Of a stretch of DNA of 46,131 nucleotides, positions 8,768 through 17,676 are shown piece by piece. Source of the DNA: Promethearchaeota archaeon. GTDB lineage: Archaea > Asgardarchaeota > Lokiarchaeia > Sigyniarchaeales > SOKP01. The notes under the pieces were generated by a model, which made no database searches, had not been told where the DNA came from, and saw only the letters and a program-made list of their open reading frames with translations. How positions within the stretch are numbered: the stretch's first letter is position 1; every line of letters begins with the position of its first letter. The position numbers were made by a program, and so were the translations under genes. Location: NCBI GenBank assembly GCA_019058365.1, contig JAHPZE010000032.1:1-46131 (forward strand). Reading direction: 5' to 3'.

Positions 8768-9289
8768 ATGAAAGAAATACCTGATTATGAAAAGTATCCA
8801 GTTAGCGAGGAAGAAATGGGAAAGCGTTACAAGAATTGGACAAAAGCCTTGGCTCGGATGGCAGTGTTGCTTTATACAGTAGGTAAGGAAGTCGGAGGCG
8901 AAAAATTCGTCGAAAGACTTAAGGAAGAAAATCGAGAAAGGGGTAGAAGAGATGCGGCAACAATAATGAAAATAGTAGGTTGCAAACCAGAGGATTTCAA
9001 GGATTGTATGAAGATTCCCAAGATGGTTGATTTTATAGATGATAGATATGCGAATTTCTGGGATGGGTATGTTGAAAACACAGCTAAAGCTTTTGAAAAA
9101 GAACTCTTTACTTGTCCGGTTACGGAGCCATGGTCGAAGGCACCTGATCTTTGCGAAGTATTAATTGGGGAATCTCTTAGAAGCTTTGTTAAAGCGCTAA
9201 ACCCCAAGTTTAAAACCGAAGGGTTCACAAAATTACTCACCAAAGGTGATAAATGCTGTCGATACAGGGTTGAGTTGGAGGAAGATTAA
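8768..9289 (+). CDS. L-2-aminothiazoline-4-carboxylate hydrolase-like / V4R-fold protein
   Basis: TCPV..W...LC...LNP...LTKGDKCCRY Cys pattern; strong RBS. Confidence 0.7.
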   Translation: MKEIPDYEKYPVSEEEMGKRYKNWTKALARMAVLLYTVGKEVGGEKFVERLKEENRERGRRDAATIMKIVGCKPEDFKDCMKIPKMVDFIDDRYANFWDGYVENTAKAFEKELFTCPVTEPWSKAPDLCEVLIGESLRSFVKALNPKFKTEGFTKLLTKGDKCCRYRVELEED

Positions 9290-9387
9290 ATTTGCATGGT
9301 TACTTGCATTTTATATAATCGATTTTGAAGTCATTTTTTTATTTTTATCATTATTTGAAAAAGAGTGAGAAAATATCACACTCTCAT

Positions 9388-9915
9388 TTAATTTATTTGA
9401 TTTATCCATTTTTCTACTCCCTCTCTTGCATTTTTTACACTTCCTCCATGAAAAGCAATTGCATTTATCACTTCTGCTTTTGGGCAAAGTTTTTCGATAT
9501 TTCTTACGCTACTTCCAAGTCCACTTCCTTCATGCGTACAAAAAGGGATAATTGTTTTTCCCGAGAAGTCATAAGATTCTAAAAAAGTGAGTATTGCCAT
9601 TGGCATAGTTCCCCACCAATTAGGGTAACCTAAAAATATGACTTTATATAAATCCATATCTGGAACATGATCCGTAAGTTCTGGTCTAGCATTGCTCTTT
9701 AATTCATGTTTTGCCACTTCTGTTGTTTCCATATAATCTGTAGGGTAAGTTTTTTTCGTATTGATGCGAAACATATCTCCTCCAATAATTTCATATATCA
9801 TCTTCGCTATAACTTCAGTATTACCAATGGCTAAATTAACAATTCTTCCATTTACATAATTATTGCCTTTCCTCGAAAAATAAGCGATTAAACATTTTTG
9901 TTCTCCTGATATCAT
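9388..9915 (-). CDS. Flavodoxin (Flavodoxin_4 type)
   Basis: IAYFSR...GNTEVIA, FLGYPNWWG, PFCTHEGSGLG. Confidence 0.92.
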   Translation of the reverse strand: MISGEQKCLIAYFSRKGNNYVNGRIVNLAIGNTEVIAKMIYEIIGGDMFRINTKKTYPTDYMETTEVAKHELKSNARPELTDHVPDMDLYKVIFLGYPNWWGTMPMAILTFLESYDFSGKTIIPFCTHEGSGLGSSVRNIEKLCPKAEVINAIAFHGGSVKNAREGVEKWINQIN

Positions 9916-9963
9916 CCTTTCACACCCACCCTTTTATTTTTAAAAAATACCATAAATACTTTT

Positions 9964-10383
9964 TTACCCACTAATAACGTTATATTCTTCATTTGTTACA
10001 GGTTCTAACCATTCAACAGGTCCTTTTTGAGAATTAGGCATTATTGCAATATGTACAAGCCAGCTATCTGGTGAAGCTCCATGCCAATGATTTACGCTAG
10101 AAGGAATTTTTACCACATCACCTTTGTGAATCACTTGAACTTTTTTACCTTTTTCTTGATAATATCCCTTTCCAGCTGTAACGAGCAAAATTTGACCCCC
10201 TTGATGTATATGCCAATTAGTTCTTGCGCTAGGTTCAAAACTAACATTACCTATTGGGCAATTAAAAATACGATCATCTTCGACTAACATACTAAGCCAT
10301 GCCCTTCCTGTGAAATGATCGTTTGGGAGTTTTACTCCTTTTGGAAATAATTCCCTTTCACTTAAATTATTTAATTTGTCCAT
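9964..10383 (-). CDS. Cupin domain protein
   Basis: NWHIHQGGQILL...GDVV.IP...HWHGA cupin motifs. Confidence 0.92.
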   Translation of the reverse strand: MDKLNNLSERELFPKGVKLPNDHFTGRAWLSMLVEDDRIFNCPIGNVSFEPSARTNWHIHQGGQILLVTAGKGYYQEKGKKVQVIHKGDVVKIPSSVNHWHGASPDSWLVHIAIMPNSQKGPVEWLEPVTNEEYNVISG

Positions 10384-10413
10384 TTTTCATCCTTTTATTT
10401 GTTACAATAAATC

Positions 10414-10472
10414 ATTAAGTTTCAAAAAGTTACTTAATCTTAATATAAAATTTAATAAGTAAAGATTACTTA
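10414..10472. promoter_or_regulatory. Candidate HxlR operator pair in divergent promoter
   Basis: ATTAAGT-N11-ACTTAAT (10414-10438) and TAAGTAA-aga-TTACTTA (10456-10472). Confidence 0.45.
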
Positions 10473-10509
10473 AATATTAATTGTAAGTTATAAATAACAA
10501 GGTGATTGG

Positions 10510-10878
10510 GTGGTTACTAAAAATAAAATTACAATGGACTCTTACAACGAATTATCAAAGAAATGGGCTGTAACCATATTAAAATCTATGTTCTTAGGAT
10601 GCAAGAGGTTTAGTGATTTTTTAGAAGTGCATGAAGGGTTAAGCAATAGAGTGTTGTCAGACCAGCTAAAAAGATTAGAACATCATGGTTTTATTAAAAA
10701 AGAGATTGTAAACAAAAGTCCTGTTAAAATAGAATATTCATTAACAGAAGCTGGACGAGATTTAAATAAAATGCTTTATGAAAAAGTAATGTTTGCAATT
10801 AAGTATGGTTTAACTGACAGAAATGACCCATATTTTAGAGGAAAAAATATTGAAGAGGCTTTTGGTATAAAAAAGTAA
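10510..10878 (+). CDS. HxlR (DUF24) family winged-helix regulator
   Basis: KKW..IL, KRFSDF, LSNRVLSDQLKRLE..G, PVKIEYSLTEAG; AGGTGA before the GTG. Confidence 0.93.
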   Translation: MVTKNKITMDSYNELSKKWAVTILKSMFLGCKRFSDFLEVHEGLSNRVLSDQLKRLEHHGFIKKEIVNKSPVKIEYSLTEAGRDLNKMLYEKVMFAIKYGLTDRNDPYFRGKNIEEAFGIKK

Positions 10879-11064
10879 TTTGATAATTATTAGTCATAAC
10901 TTCAAACAAATGATTTATAATTATTTTTATCTTGATGCTTTATCTAAAAATTACAATCAGAAAGATTAACCACATAAAAATTAATTTGAATAAGCAATTG
11001 GAATAATTTATTAAAGCACAGGAAGAAAAAAAGGGAATGATATGGAAATGCTGAAAACAAGAGA

Positions 11065-13428
11065 TCATTCCTTTTCTTTTAAAATTTTATTGAGGGTTTC
11101 TATTGCATTTTCTTTAATAGATTTTGAAGTCATTTTTTTTATCATTTTTGCCATCATTTTATAGGCTCCTGAGACTGTAATATCAATTTCAACAAAAACT
11201 CCAATACCAGACTCTGTATCTTCAAAACTTAGGGTATAAAAAGTTTCACCAGCTGAAGGAACAACTTCGAATTTTGTGGAATGTTCAGTTCTTGGCCCAA
11301 TCTCATTAGTTGAAATTTCTCTTCCTTGAATTACAGTAGTATGATGCCCAATTGTATCAAAAAGCTTGTTTACTATTTTTTGAAAATCTGCTGGTTTCTC
11401 TTTTAATTCAAATATTAATTCTTTAGCTTCAGGTTCTTCCTTTTGCTTTCCTTTACCAGTTACCACGACCCTCACACGACCAATATTCTGGATTCGAGCG
11501 TAGCGAGTTTTAGGATCACCCTGTCTATGCGAGGTTACACGAATTGCTGGGAAGTAAGTACCTGGCTCTGAAAATGAATAAGTTGTTTTCACCTCTACAT
11601 GAGTGCTTTTAGTGTCTTTGAGTTTCTCGGTCACTGGATAGTCACCAGTACCCTCAAAATCCCATTCTGCCCCAACTACATAGCCGGTATCAGGTGGTGT
11701 TTCAATAATCGCGGAAAATTTAACTTTCTTACCAATGTTAACATCTACACGCTCACCTCCATTTACTGTAAGATTAACCACTGGTTGAATCCCCTTACGC
11801 TCCGTAGCAGTCGGAGGCACTTCTACTTGTGCATCCGTTATTTTATATGTAGAACTTGCTGGAGGTGCTACACCTTTTTCAACCCATACGCTCAAATCAC
11901 GTAGTGCTTGTTGTAAAACACCACCATAATTGATAACTCGCGTCGTTATTACTGGAGGAGTATCAAACTTCGAAACTATTGGTGGTACATGCATCGCATA
12001 GTCAATGTACCAGAGTCGGTAGTTATCGTCAAATTTATCTCCCAATACCTGTTTTATCCTCGAATGATACCATTCAGCACCCCATGGATAGGCGATTTCA
12101 TCCATCAGCATATTCACCACAATCATCTTACCATCAAATTGACCGCTTAAGCGTGCAACAGTACTTTTGGAATAACGATTACTTAATAGTTCAGCGCGTT
12201 GTGGATATAATGGTTTACCATCATCGTCTCGGAACTGATCATAACCATAATAATCAGCTGAAGGAATTTGGTGACGATGGTAGGTTTGAGCAGCGAGATA
12301 TACAGAGTTGTCTATCTCTACTTTGTCCCCTGCTTTAACTTTAGCCAATGTTTGGAAGTGCTCCTCTCCGAAGGCAATCAAGACGAACTTTTCAAACGCT
12401 CCAGCAATATAGACTACGCAACCCTCAGCTTCACCACTTTTTATGATTAATGAAGCTCCTTGAAAATCTGCCTCCGGTAAATCTTCCATCATAAACCCTG
12501 CTGGAACTTTTATTTTACTAACACTCCCCGCCGATAAAGTTATACCAAAACCCATTTCCTTCAAATCTTCGGGCCAGATTAGCTTGTTGATTTTTGTTTG
12601 ATGATGAACTTTGGCATTTAGGAGGGATTCAGACGGGTTTGCGCCGAGATAGCCCGGTTTATTCCAAAAATCCTCAAAATAGGTGGGATCCCATTTGACC
12701 ATTTGATCAAAAAACATAGTTAAAACTCCCGTATAGCCAAATGCGATCCTTCTGTAATTAAACCAAGCACGTGGTGGAAAACCCATTTTAGTTACTTCAA
12801 TGAGCGCCTCCCGTTCCTCGTTATTTAGGCCAGCATACATATCACCACTACCACCTGGTTCTATTGCATCGATAATACCAGGCATTTTATCTTTTAATAT
12901 ACGCATCGCATGAGCTTGCACCGTAAAATTATTGGGTATTGCTATTGTTGTTGCGTGAATAAATGGTACCGCACCATCCCAAACACCTTCCGTATTTTCC
13001 ACACAGGCAATCGTTTTAAACGCGCCACCACTACCGCCATAAACATAACCATAAGGGCGATGGGGACCATACATTTCGGAAGCCAAAACGCGCGAATACT
13101 TAGCCACTGCCGCACTGGCTCGATAAGCAGTGATGGTTGGGTCATCACCTACAAACATATTTAGTCTCCCCAGATTTGATTCTACTTGATAAGCACCACT
13201 CTCGATTGCAAAACCTAATGAATAACTAGGATCGGGATATTCTGGATTCTGAACAGCATTCTCATTTCCCGATATCGCCATGAGATACTGGAAAAATCGA
13301 CCGTCATATTGTTCCTTTGGAGGGAAGTAGATTGAGAATCGGGTATCGGTACCCTTAAAACCACCATGTACATATCGATGACGCTCGGGCTCATCTCGCC
13401 ATTCATCAATATCTATATATGGCTCCAT
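11065..13428 (-). CDS. Tannase/feruloyl-esterase-like alpha/beta hydrolase with PKD domain and C-terminal SRPBCC-like extension
   Basis: GGSGG nucleophile elbow; WDFEGTG...YSFSEPGTY PKD-like motif. The last ~125 aa end in a long amphipathic helix typical of helix-grip folds. The true start may be upstream (13470). Confidence 0.6.
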   Translation of the reverse strand: MEPYIDIDEWRDEPERHRYVHGGFKGTDTRFSIYFPPKEQYDGRFFQYLMAISGNENAVQNPEYPDPSYSLGFAIESGAYQVESNLGRLNMFVGDDPTITAYRASAAVAKYSRVLASEMYGPHRPYGYVYGGSGGAFKTIACVENTEGVWDGAVPFIHATTIAIPNNFTVQAHAMRILKDKMPGIIDAIEPGGSGDMYAGLNNEEREALIEVTKMGFPPRAWFNYRRIAFGYTGVLTMFFDQMVKWDPTYFEDFWNKPGYLGANPSESLLNAKVHHQTKINKLIWPEDLKEMGFGITLSAGSVSKIKVPAGFMMEDLPEADFQGASLIIKSGEAEGCVVYIAGAFEKFVLIAFGEEHFQTLAKVKAGDKVEIDNSVYLAAQTYHRHQIPSADYYGYDQFRDDDGKPLYPQRAELLSNRYSKSTVARLSGQFDGKMIVVNMLMDEIAYPWGAEWYHSRIKQVLGDKFDDNYRLWYIDYAMHVPPIVSKFDTPPVITTRVINYGGVLQQALRDLSVWVEKGVAPPASSTYKITDAQVEVPPTATERKGIQPVVNLTVNGGERVDVNIGKKVKFSAIIETPPDTGYVVGAEWDFEGTGDYPVTEKLKDTKSTHVEVKTTYSFSEPGTYFPAIRVTSHRQGDPKTRYARIQNIGRVRVVVTGKGKQKEEPEAKELIFELKEKPADFQKIVNKLFDTIGHHTTVIQGREISTNEIGPRTEHSTKFEVVPSAGETFYTLSFEDTESGIGVFVEIDITVSGAYKMMAKMIKKMTSKSIKENAIETLNKILKEKE

Positions 13429-13659
13429 AAAGAGAGAATCGCTAGATTCATTATAATCGTTTCTTTCTATAATTCTACACCTTTTTTTATTTACTTAGTT
13501 ATAATACTTAATTTATTTTTGATTTTAATTCTAAAATCCTTTCTAATCGAACTTATGATATTATATCACAAAGCTAATAAAAAAAGAATTTTTATTTATA
13601 TAATAATTTTAAGCTTGAAAATTCAAGTTATCTAAAATCTGTTAATATTTAACCAACAA

Positions 13660-14307
13660 ATGAAGCAATTAAAAAAGATTGTTCTGAAAATACCTTTAGA
13701 CCCTAGGGCTAAGGAATTTTTTGATTTATTGGAAAAATATGAATTACTCCAAATACACCGTCAAGATGAGGATCAAATCTTTGCAACACAGAAGGTAAAA
13801 TTCAAGGATCCTAAAATGAATCCAAAAATGTTGGAAAATGAACATTATGGAATGTCATATATAGAAGTTTTAAAAGAGGACAGAAGAAATAATGAATTTA
13901 TTTTCTTTTCTAAACATAACTGGGTTAAGGAAACGAAAGAGTTCCTCGATAAACTAGATCTGATTATCGATCCTCCTATAATTCTAGATCAAGATCGTCT
14001 TTTAGCAAGTATTATAACTGATAGTAAAAATATCAATAAATTTGTTGATTCCCTAGATAGCCATTATGATGAAAAATTGGAGATTCTGAGCATAACTAAT
14101 ATACAACCTAACTATGAAAATCTTTTTTTAAAATTAACAGACCGTCAGAAAGAGATTGTATATTACGCTATTCAGCATGGATATTTTGAAATACCTCGTA
14201 GAATCAATTCAAAGAAAATCGCGAATTATTTTAAAATTTCTCGGAGTGCATTATATGAACATTTGCGAAAAATAGAAAAAATAATTTATAACACAATATT
14301 TAGTTAA
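13660..14307 (+). CDS. HTH_10 (Bat-type) archaeal transcriptional regulator
   Basis: LTDRQKEIV..AI..GYFEIPRRI...IA....ISRSALYEHLRK. Confidence 0.92.
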   Translation: MKQLKKIVLKIPLDPRAKEFFDLLEKYELLQIHRQDEDQIFATQKVKFKDPKMNPKMLENEHYGMSYIEVLKEDRRNNEFIFFSKHNWVKETKEFLDKLDLIIDPPIILDQDRLLASIITDSKNINKFVDSLDSHYDEKLEILSITNIQPNYENLFLKLTDRQKEIVYYAIQHGYFEIPRRINSKKIANYFKISRSALYEHLRKIEKIIYNTIFS

Positions 14308-14622
14308 AAATTATCATGTAATAATAATTGAGCATTCAAAATTAAGGAAAAAAATAATTAGCTTTTACAAGGGAGAACAAGGCAGTTTTTAAGTATCAGT
14401 GTTACAAAATATGGATCTAGAAATCCATTCCAGAGGATTTTGATCCTCAAATCTTTATTTGATTATCATGATTAATTTGGGACAAATTATTATAAAACTT
14501 ATAAAAAAAGAGATTATCTCAACATTCCAGCGCATAGTTTTGAGATGCTCACTTTAAAATTCACTAATGATTCATGAATATATAATATTTATAAAAGGAG
14601 AAAAAAATATAAAAAAGAATTT

Positions 14623-15573
14623 TTATCCAAGTATTTTTTTTGGATTTTCATTTAAAATTAGGTTAATTTCCTCTTGTGTGAACTTCAAGCCATACTGTTT
14701 TCCTGTCTCAGGTATATCCTTAAAGAACTGTACCCAATCTTTATCGCTAAAAACGGGGCTTAAATAAGGCCAATCGGATCCGAACATAATGCGTTCTTTA
14801 AGCGGTGCACCAAATAACGCGGGAGCATCAAGAATAGCTCTCAATAATTTTAGCCAATACTCAGGATAACATTTTACCATCCCTTGGTGTCCAGAAAATT
14901 CTGCAAATACATTTGTCCTTCCAGACATAATTTCGATTACCCCTAGCGTCCAAGTTGTAAAGCCACCTCCAAAATGAACCATTAATATTTTCAAATCAGG
15001 AAATCTTGCTGCGATACGATCCAGGTACATTGGATTGGCATATTTATTTTCAACTAATGGATGAGTTAAAGCTGCTGTATGAGATTGAAGCATCATTCCT
15101 AGTTCCTCGCACTTTGCATAAAAAGCATCGTATTTAGGGTCATCTGGAAAAAATCCGCAGGGAGCATAAATTTTCACGGCTTTTACGCCCCATTCTTGAG
15201 ATGCTTTTTCAATTAATTTAATCCCCTCCTCTCCTCGTCTAGGATCAATACCCACAACAAATTCAAGTTTATCTGGGAACTGATCACGCTGATCTACATA
15301 CCACTTATTCACTTCTTCGATAGACCACTTAGCTTCACCAACCACTGACTTTCCATAATCTGGATGACAGATATAAGCTTTATCAATCCCAGCATCAGCC
15401 ATAATTTGAGTGTATACCGAGGCATCCGATGCCCAAGTTTGCGGCATCATCTGGGTCATTATCGTTTCAGTAGGAACTCCCATAGATCTGGCATATCCAG
15501 CTGCAATTCCTTCCCAGAATGCATCTGAATAAAGCTCTTTACAAAGAATATGACAATGTGTATTAACTACCAT
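14623..15573 (-). CDS. Amidohydrolase_2 family metallo-hydrolase/decarboxylase
   Basis: NTHCH, VKIY, SHT, VHFGG, MFGSDWP. Confidence 0.9.
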   Translation of the reverse strand: MVVNTHCHILCKELYSDAFWEGIAAGYARSMGVPTETIMTQMMPQTWASDASVYTQIMADAGIDKAYICHPDYGKSVVGEAKWSIEEVNKWYVDQRDQFPDKLEFVVGIDPRRGEEGIKLIEKASQEWGVKAVKIYAPCGFFPDDPKYDAFYAKCEELGMMLQSHTAALTHPLVENKYANPMYLDRIAARFPDLKILMVHFGGGFTTWTLGVIEIMSGRTNVFAEFSGHQGMVKCYPEYWLKLLRAILDAPALFGAPLKERIMFGSDWPYLSPVFSDKDWVQFFKDIPETGKQYGLKFTQEEINLILNENPKKILG

Positions 15574-15601
15574 TTTTATAACCTTAATTATTTACTTTTT
15601 A

Positions 15602-15620
15602 AAATAGCCTATGGCTATTT
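15602..15620. promoter_or_regulatory. Candidate TetR operator 1
   Basis: Perfect inverted repeat AAATAGCC-tat-GGCTATTT, 28 nt upstream of the amidohydrolase start. Confidence 0.7.
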
Positions 15621-15785
15621 ATAAGGAAAGTCACTTATGTATTTAAAGGTTTGGTTTATGGAAAATTCTTCAAAAATCAACTTAAAAGTATCGTTCGATT
15701 TCTTATTAAGCATATTTAACTAACTAGTTAATTTCTTGAAATTTTCACAATAGTTTTATATATTAATCTTTCTTTATTATAATTT

Positions 15786-15804
15786 AAATACCCATCGGCT
15801 ATAT
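15786..15804. promoter_or_regulatory. Candidate TetR operator 2 (autoregulatory)
   Basis: AAATACCC-atc-GGCTATAT: same 8-3-8 spacing as operator 1 with one mismatch per arm, 32 nt upstream of the tetR start. Confidence 0.6.
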
Positions 15805-15836
15805 ATATTAATAAATTTGATGTTTTACTGCTAAAT

Positions 15837-16511
15837 ATGAATCCTAAAATTAAACAGAAGAGAGCACGTTCGGAAGAACAAAAAGCGGCTCAATTTGAAA
15901 TAATTCTAGAAGAAGGTCAAAAGTTATTTTTGGAAAAAGGAAGGGATGGATTCAGCCTGAGGAGTTTAGGTAAGACGCTTGGAATGAATAAAAACAACTT
16001 ATATAATTACGTGAAAAGTAAAAGAGAACTCTGGATTGCGATTAGGAATAAATTCTATAATGAATTCAAAGCTGAAAATATTGAAATTATAAAAGAACAC
16101 AAGGGTACAACCTCAGAATTGTTATTGAAAATTTTCGAACATTTCTTAGAGTTCTACGAAAATGATTTTGGTAAATTCCTTTTAATGCACAATTTCAGAG
16201 GTACGCCTCCTTCTAACAAAATAGGTCCCTTTGAAAAGAAATACCGTGAATTTAGATTATTAGAAGGAACAACGAAAATTATTCAAAAAGCTATTGATGA
16301 TAATGAGATTTCCCATAGTGATGCTACAAAACTCTCATTTTTATTATACGCTTTATTGATGGGAAGTGTTATAGTTGAATATGATATGAAGTTTGGATTC
16401 ATGGATCCCACTCAAGAAACCATACAATATAGTGAGGTGGATTTTACGATTACAGAATTTCGTAAGTATGCATTAGAAATGATAAAAAAGATTTTAAAGA
16501 TATTATATTAA
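15837..16511 (+). CDS. TetR/AcrR family regulator
   Basis: LFLEKG..GFSLRSLG..LGM....LYNYVKSKREL. Confidence 0.93.
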   Translation: MNPKIKQKRARSEEQKAAQFEIILEEGQKLFLEKGRDGFSLRSLGKTLGMNKNNLYNYVKSKRELWIAIRNKFYNEFKAENIEIIKEHKGTTSELLLKIFEHFLEFYENDFGKFLLMHNFRGTPPSNKIGPFEKKYREFRLLEGTTKIIQKAIDDNEISHSDATKLSFLLYALLMGSVIVEYDMKFGFMDPTQETIQYSEVDFTITEFRKYALEMIKKILKILY

Positions 16512-16547
16512 TCTTAAGAATTATTTTTTCCCCAAATTTATTGAATT

Positions 16548-16610
16548 CTAATTATCTTTCTTATTGCTATTCTCAACTAAAGCCTCTATTATCTGTGGTA
16601 TAACTTCAGG
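16548..16610 (-). pseudogene. 3'-end remnant of a paralog of the alpha/beta hydrolase at 35185-36060
   Basis: PEVIPQIIEALVENSNKKDN* vs SEIIPQIINVIVANSNK*. Confidence 0.6.
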
Positions 16611-16632
16611 AGTTAAAAGTATAATAATATTA

Positions 16633-16938
16633 TCAGATTCTCTTCTTTTTTTTTTGCTTCTTTTTCTTCTTTCTTTTTTTTTCTGGTTCTGGGGTAACAT
16701 CTACATCTACTTCAGCAACAATAAAGGCTAGGTAGATAGGAGTTGACTGAGGAAAGCGTTGGTCATTAAAAATATTGAACTTTATATCTTTAATTTTATA
16801 GTACTTTTTGCTTTCATGTAAAAGTAAAAGATTTCGATTAACCTTGTTTGTAAAATCTGAAGGTTCATCAAAACTTCCTCCGACCACATATACTTGATCA
16901 ATTCTTACAATTTTTTTCTCTTCTGGAACTTCTTCCAT
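16633..16938 (-). CDS. Small hypothetical protein with polybasic C-terminal tail
   Basis: 101-aa ORF with ATG start; core loosely Cse60/DUF2758-like (KVN...IKDIKF...AFIV); tail KKRKKKKKQKKKKRI. Confidence 0.65.
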   Translation of the reverse strand: MEEVPEEKKIVRIDQVYVVGGSFDEPSDFTNKVNRNLLLLHESKKYYKIKDIKFNIFNDQRFPQSTPIYLAFIVAEVDVDVTPEPEKKRKKKKKQKKKKRI

Positions 16939-17167
16939 AATTCATATCAGAAAATTAAAAAAAAGATAAATAATTTATGTTTAGATTATAATTATTATAG
17001 AAGACTAGTCTTCAATTAGATGTTTTAAATATAAATATAGTATTTTTAGTTTTACGAATCGGATATTCAATTTAGAAGTTAATTAAAATTATCAATAATA
17101 TTTAATGATCTTGAATCATTTTTTTTATCATTAAAAAATAATAATTAACTAGCTGAAATGATGTGAA

Positions 17168-17485
17168 ATGATTGCAAGAATCTGGCATGGTTGGACCTCT
17201 TTTGAAAATGCTGACATTTATGAAGAATTACTGAGAAATGAAATTTTTCCTTCAATTGAAAATAGAAATATAAAAGGATATAGAAAAATAAGTCTCTTAA
17301 GACGACCGTTAGAAAATGAAGTCGAATTTATTACCATAATGGTGTTTGATGATTTAAGTGCTGTAAAAGAATTTGTGGGAGAAGAGTATGAAAAATCCTA
17401 CGTTCCTCAAAAAGCACAAGAGGTTCTTTTAAGACATGATAAATTCTCGCAGCATTACGAAATTGTTAATGAATTTGATTATTGA
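17168..17485 (+). CDS. Antibiotic biosynthesis monooxygenase-like (dimeric alpha-beta barrel) protein
   Basis: MIARIWHGWT...VEFITIM.F....V..F.GE.YE...VP...HYE. Confidence 0.85.
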   Translation: MIARIWHGWTSFENADIYEELLRNEIFPSIENRNIKGYRKISLLRRPLENEVEFITIMVFDDLSAVKEFVGEEYEKSYVPQKAQEVLLRHDKFSQHYEIVNEFDY

Positions 17486-17676
17486 TACAAATTTTTATAA
17501 TCTTTAGATCTATCTAAATTTTTATAGACAGCAAAATTACCTTGGTGAAATAGATACTTAATATCTCTATAGCAAATATTATCCTTTTAAAAGAAGCATT
17601 AGAATCAATAGCTAAAAATATCATTCAAATTATAATAATTCAATTTAAATATTTATTTTAGTAATAAAAATTATAT

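Noticed and set aside
9362-9384. AGAGTGAGA-aaata-TCACACTCT hairpin between convergent genes
   Set aside because: Weak stem with a mismatch; insufficient to call a terminator in an archaeon.
13555-13653. Short palindromes before the HTH_10 gene (TGATAT-t-ATATCA, CTTGAA-aa-TTCAAG)
   Set aside because: 6-bp AT-rich arms that do not resemble each other; expected by chance.
14370-14578. Coding-like intergenic stretch with a GAGGAT-tttg-ATCCTC hairpin
   Set aside because: Probably a decayed gene, but no family is recognisable and the hairpin is too short to call an ncRNA.
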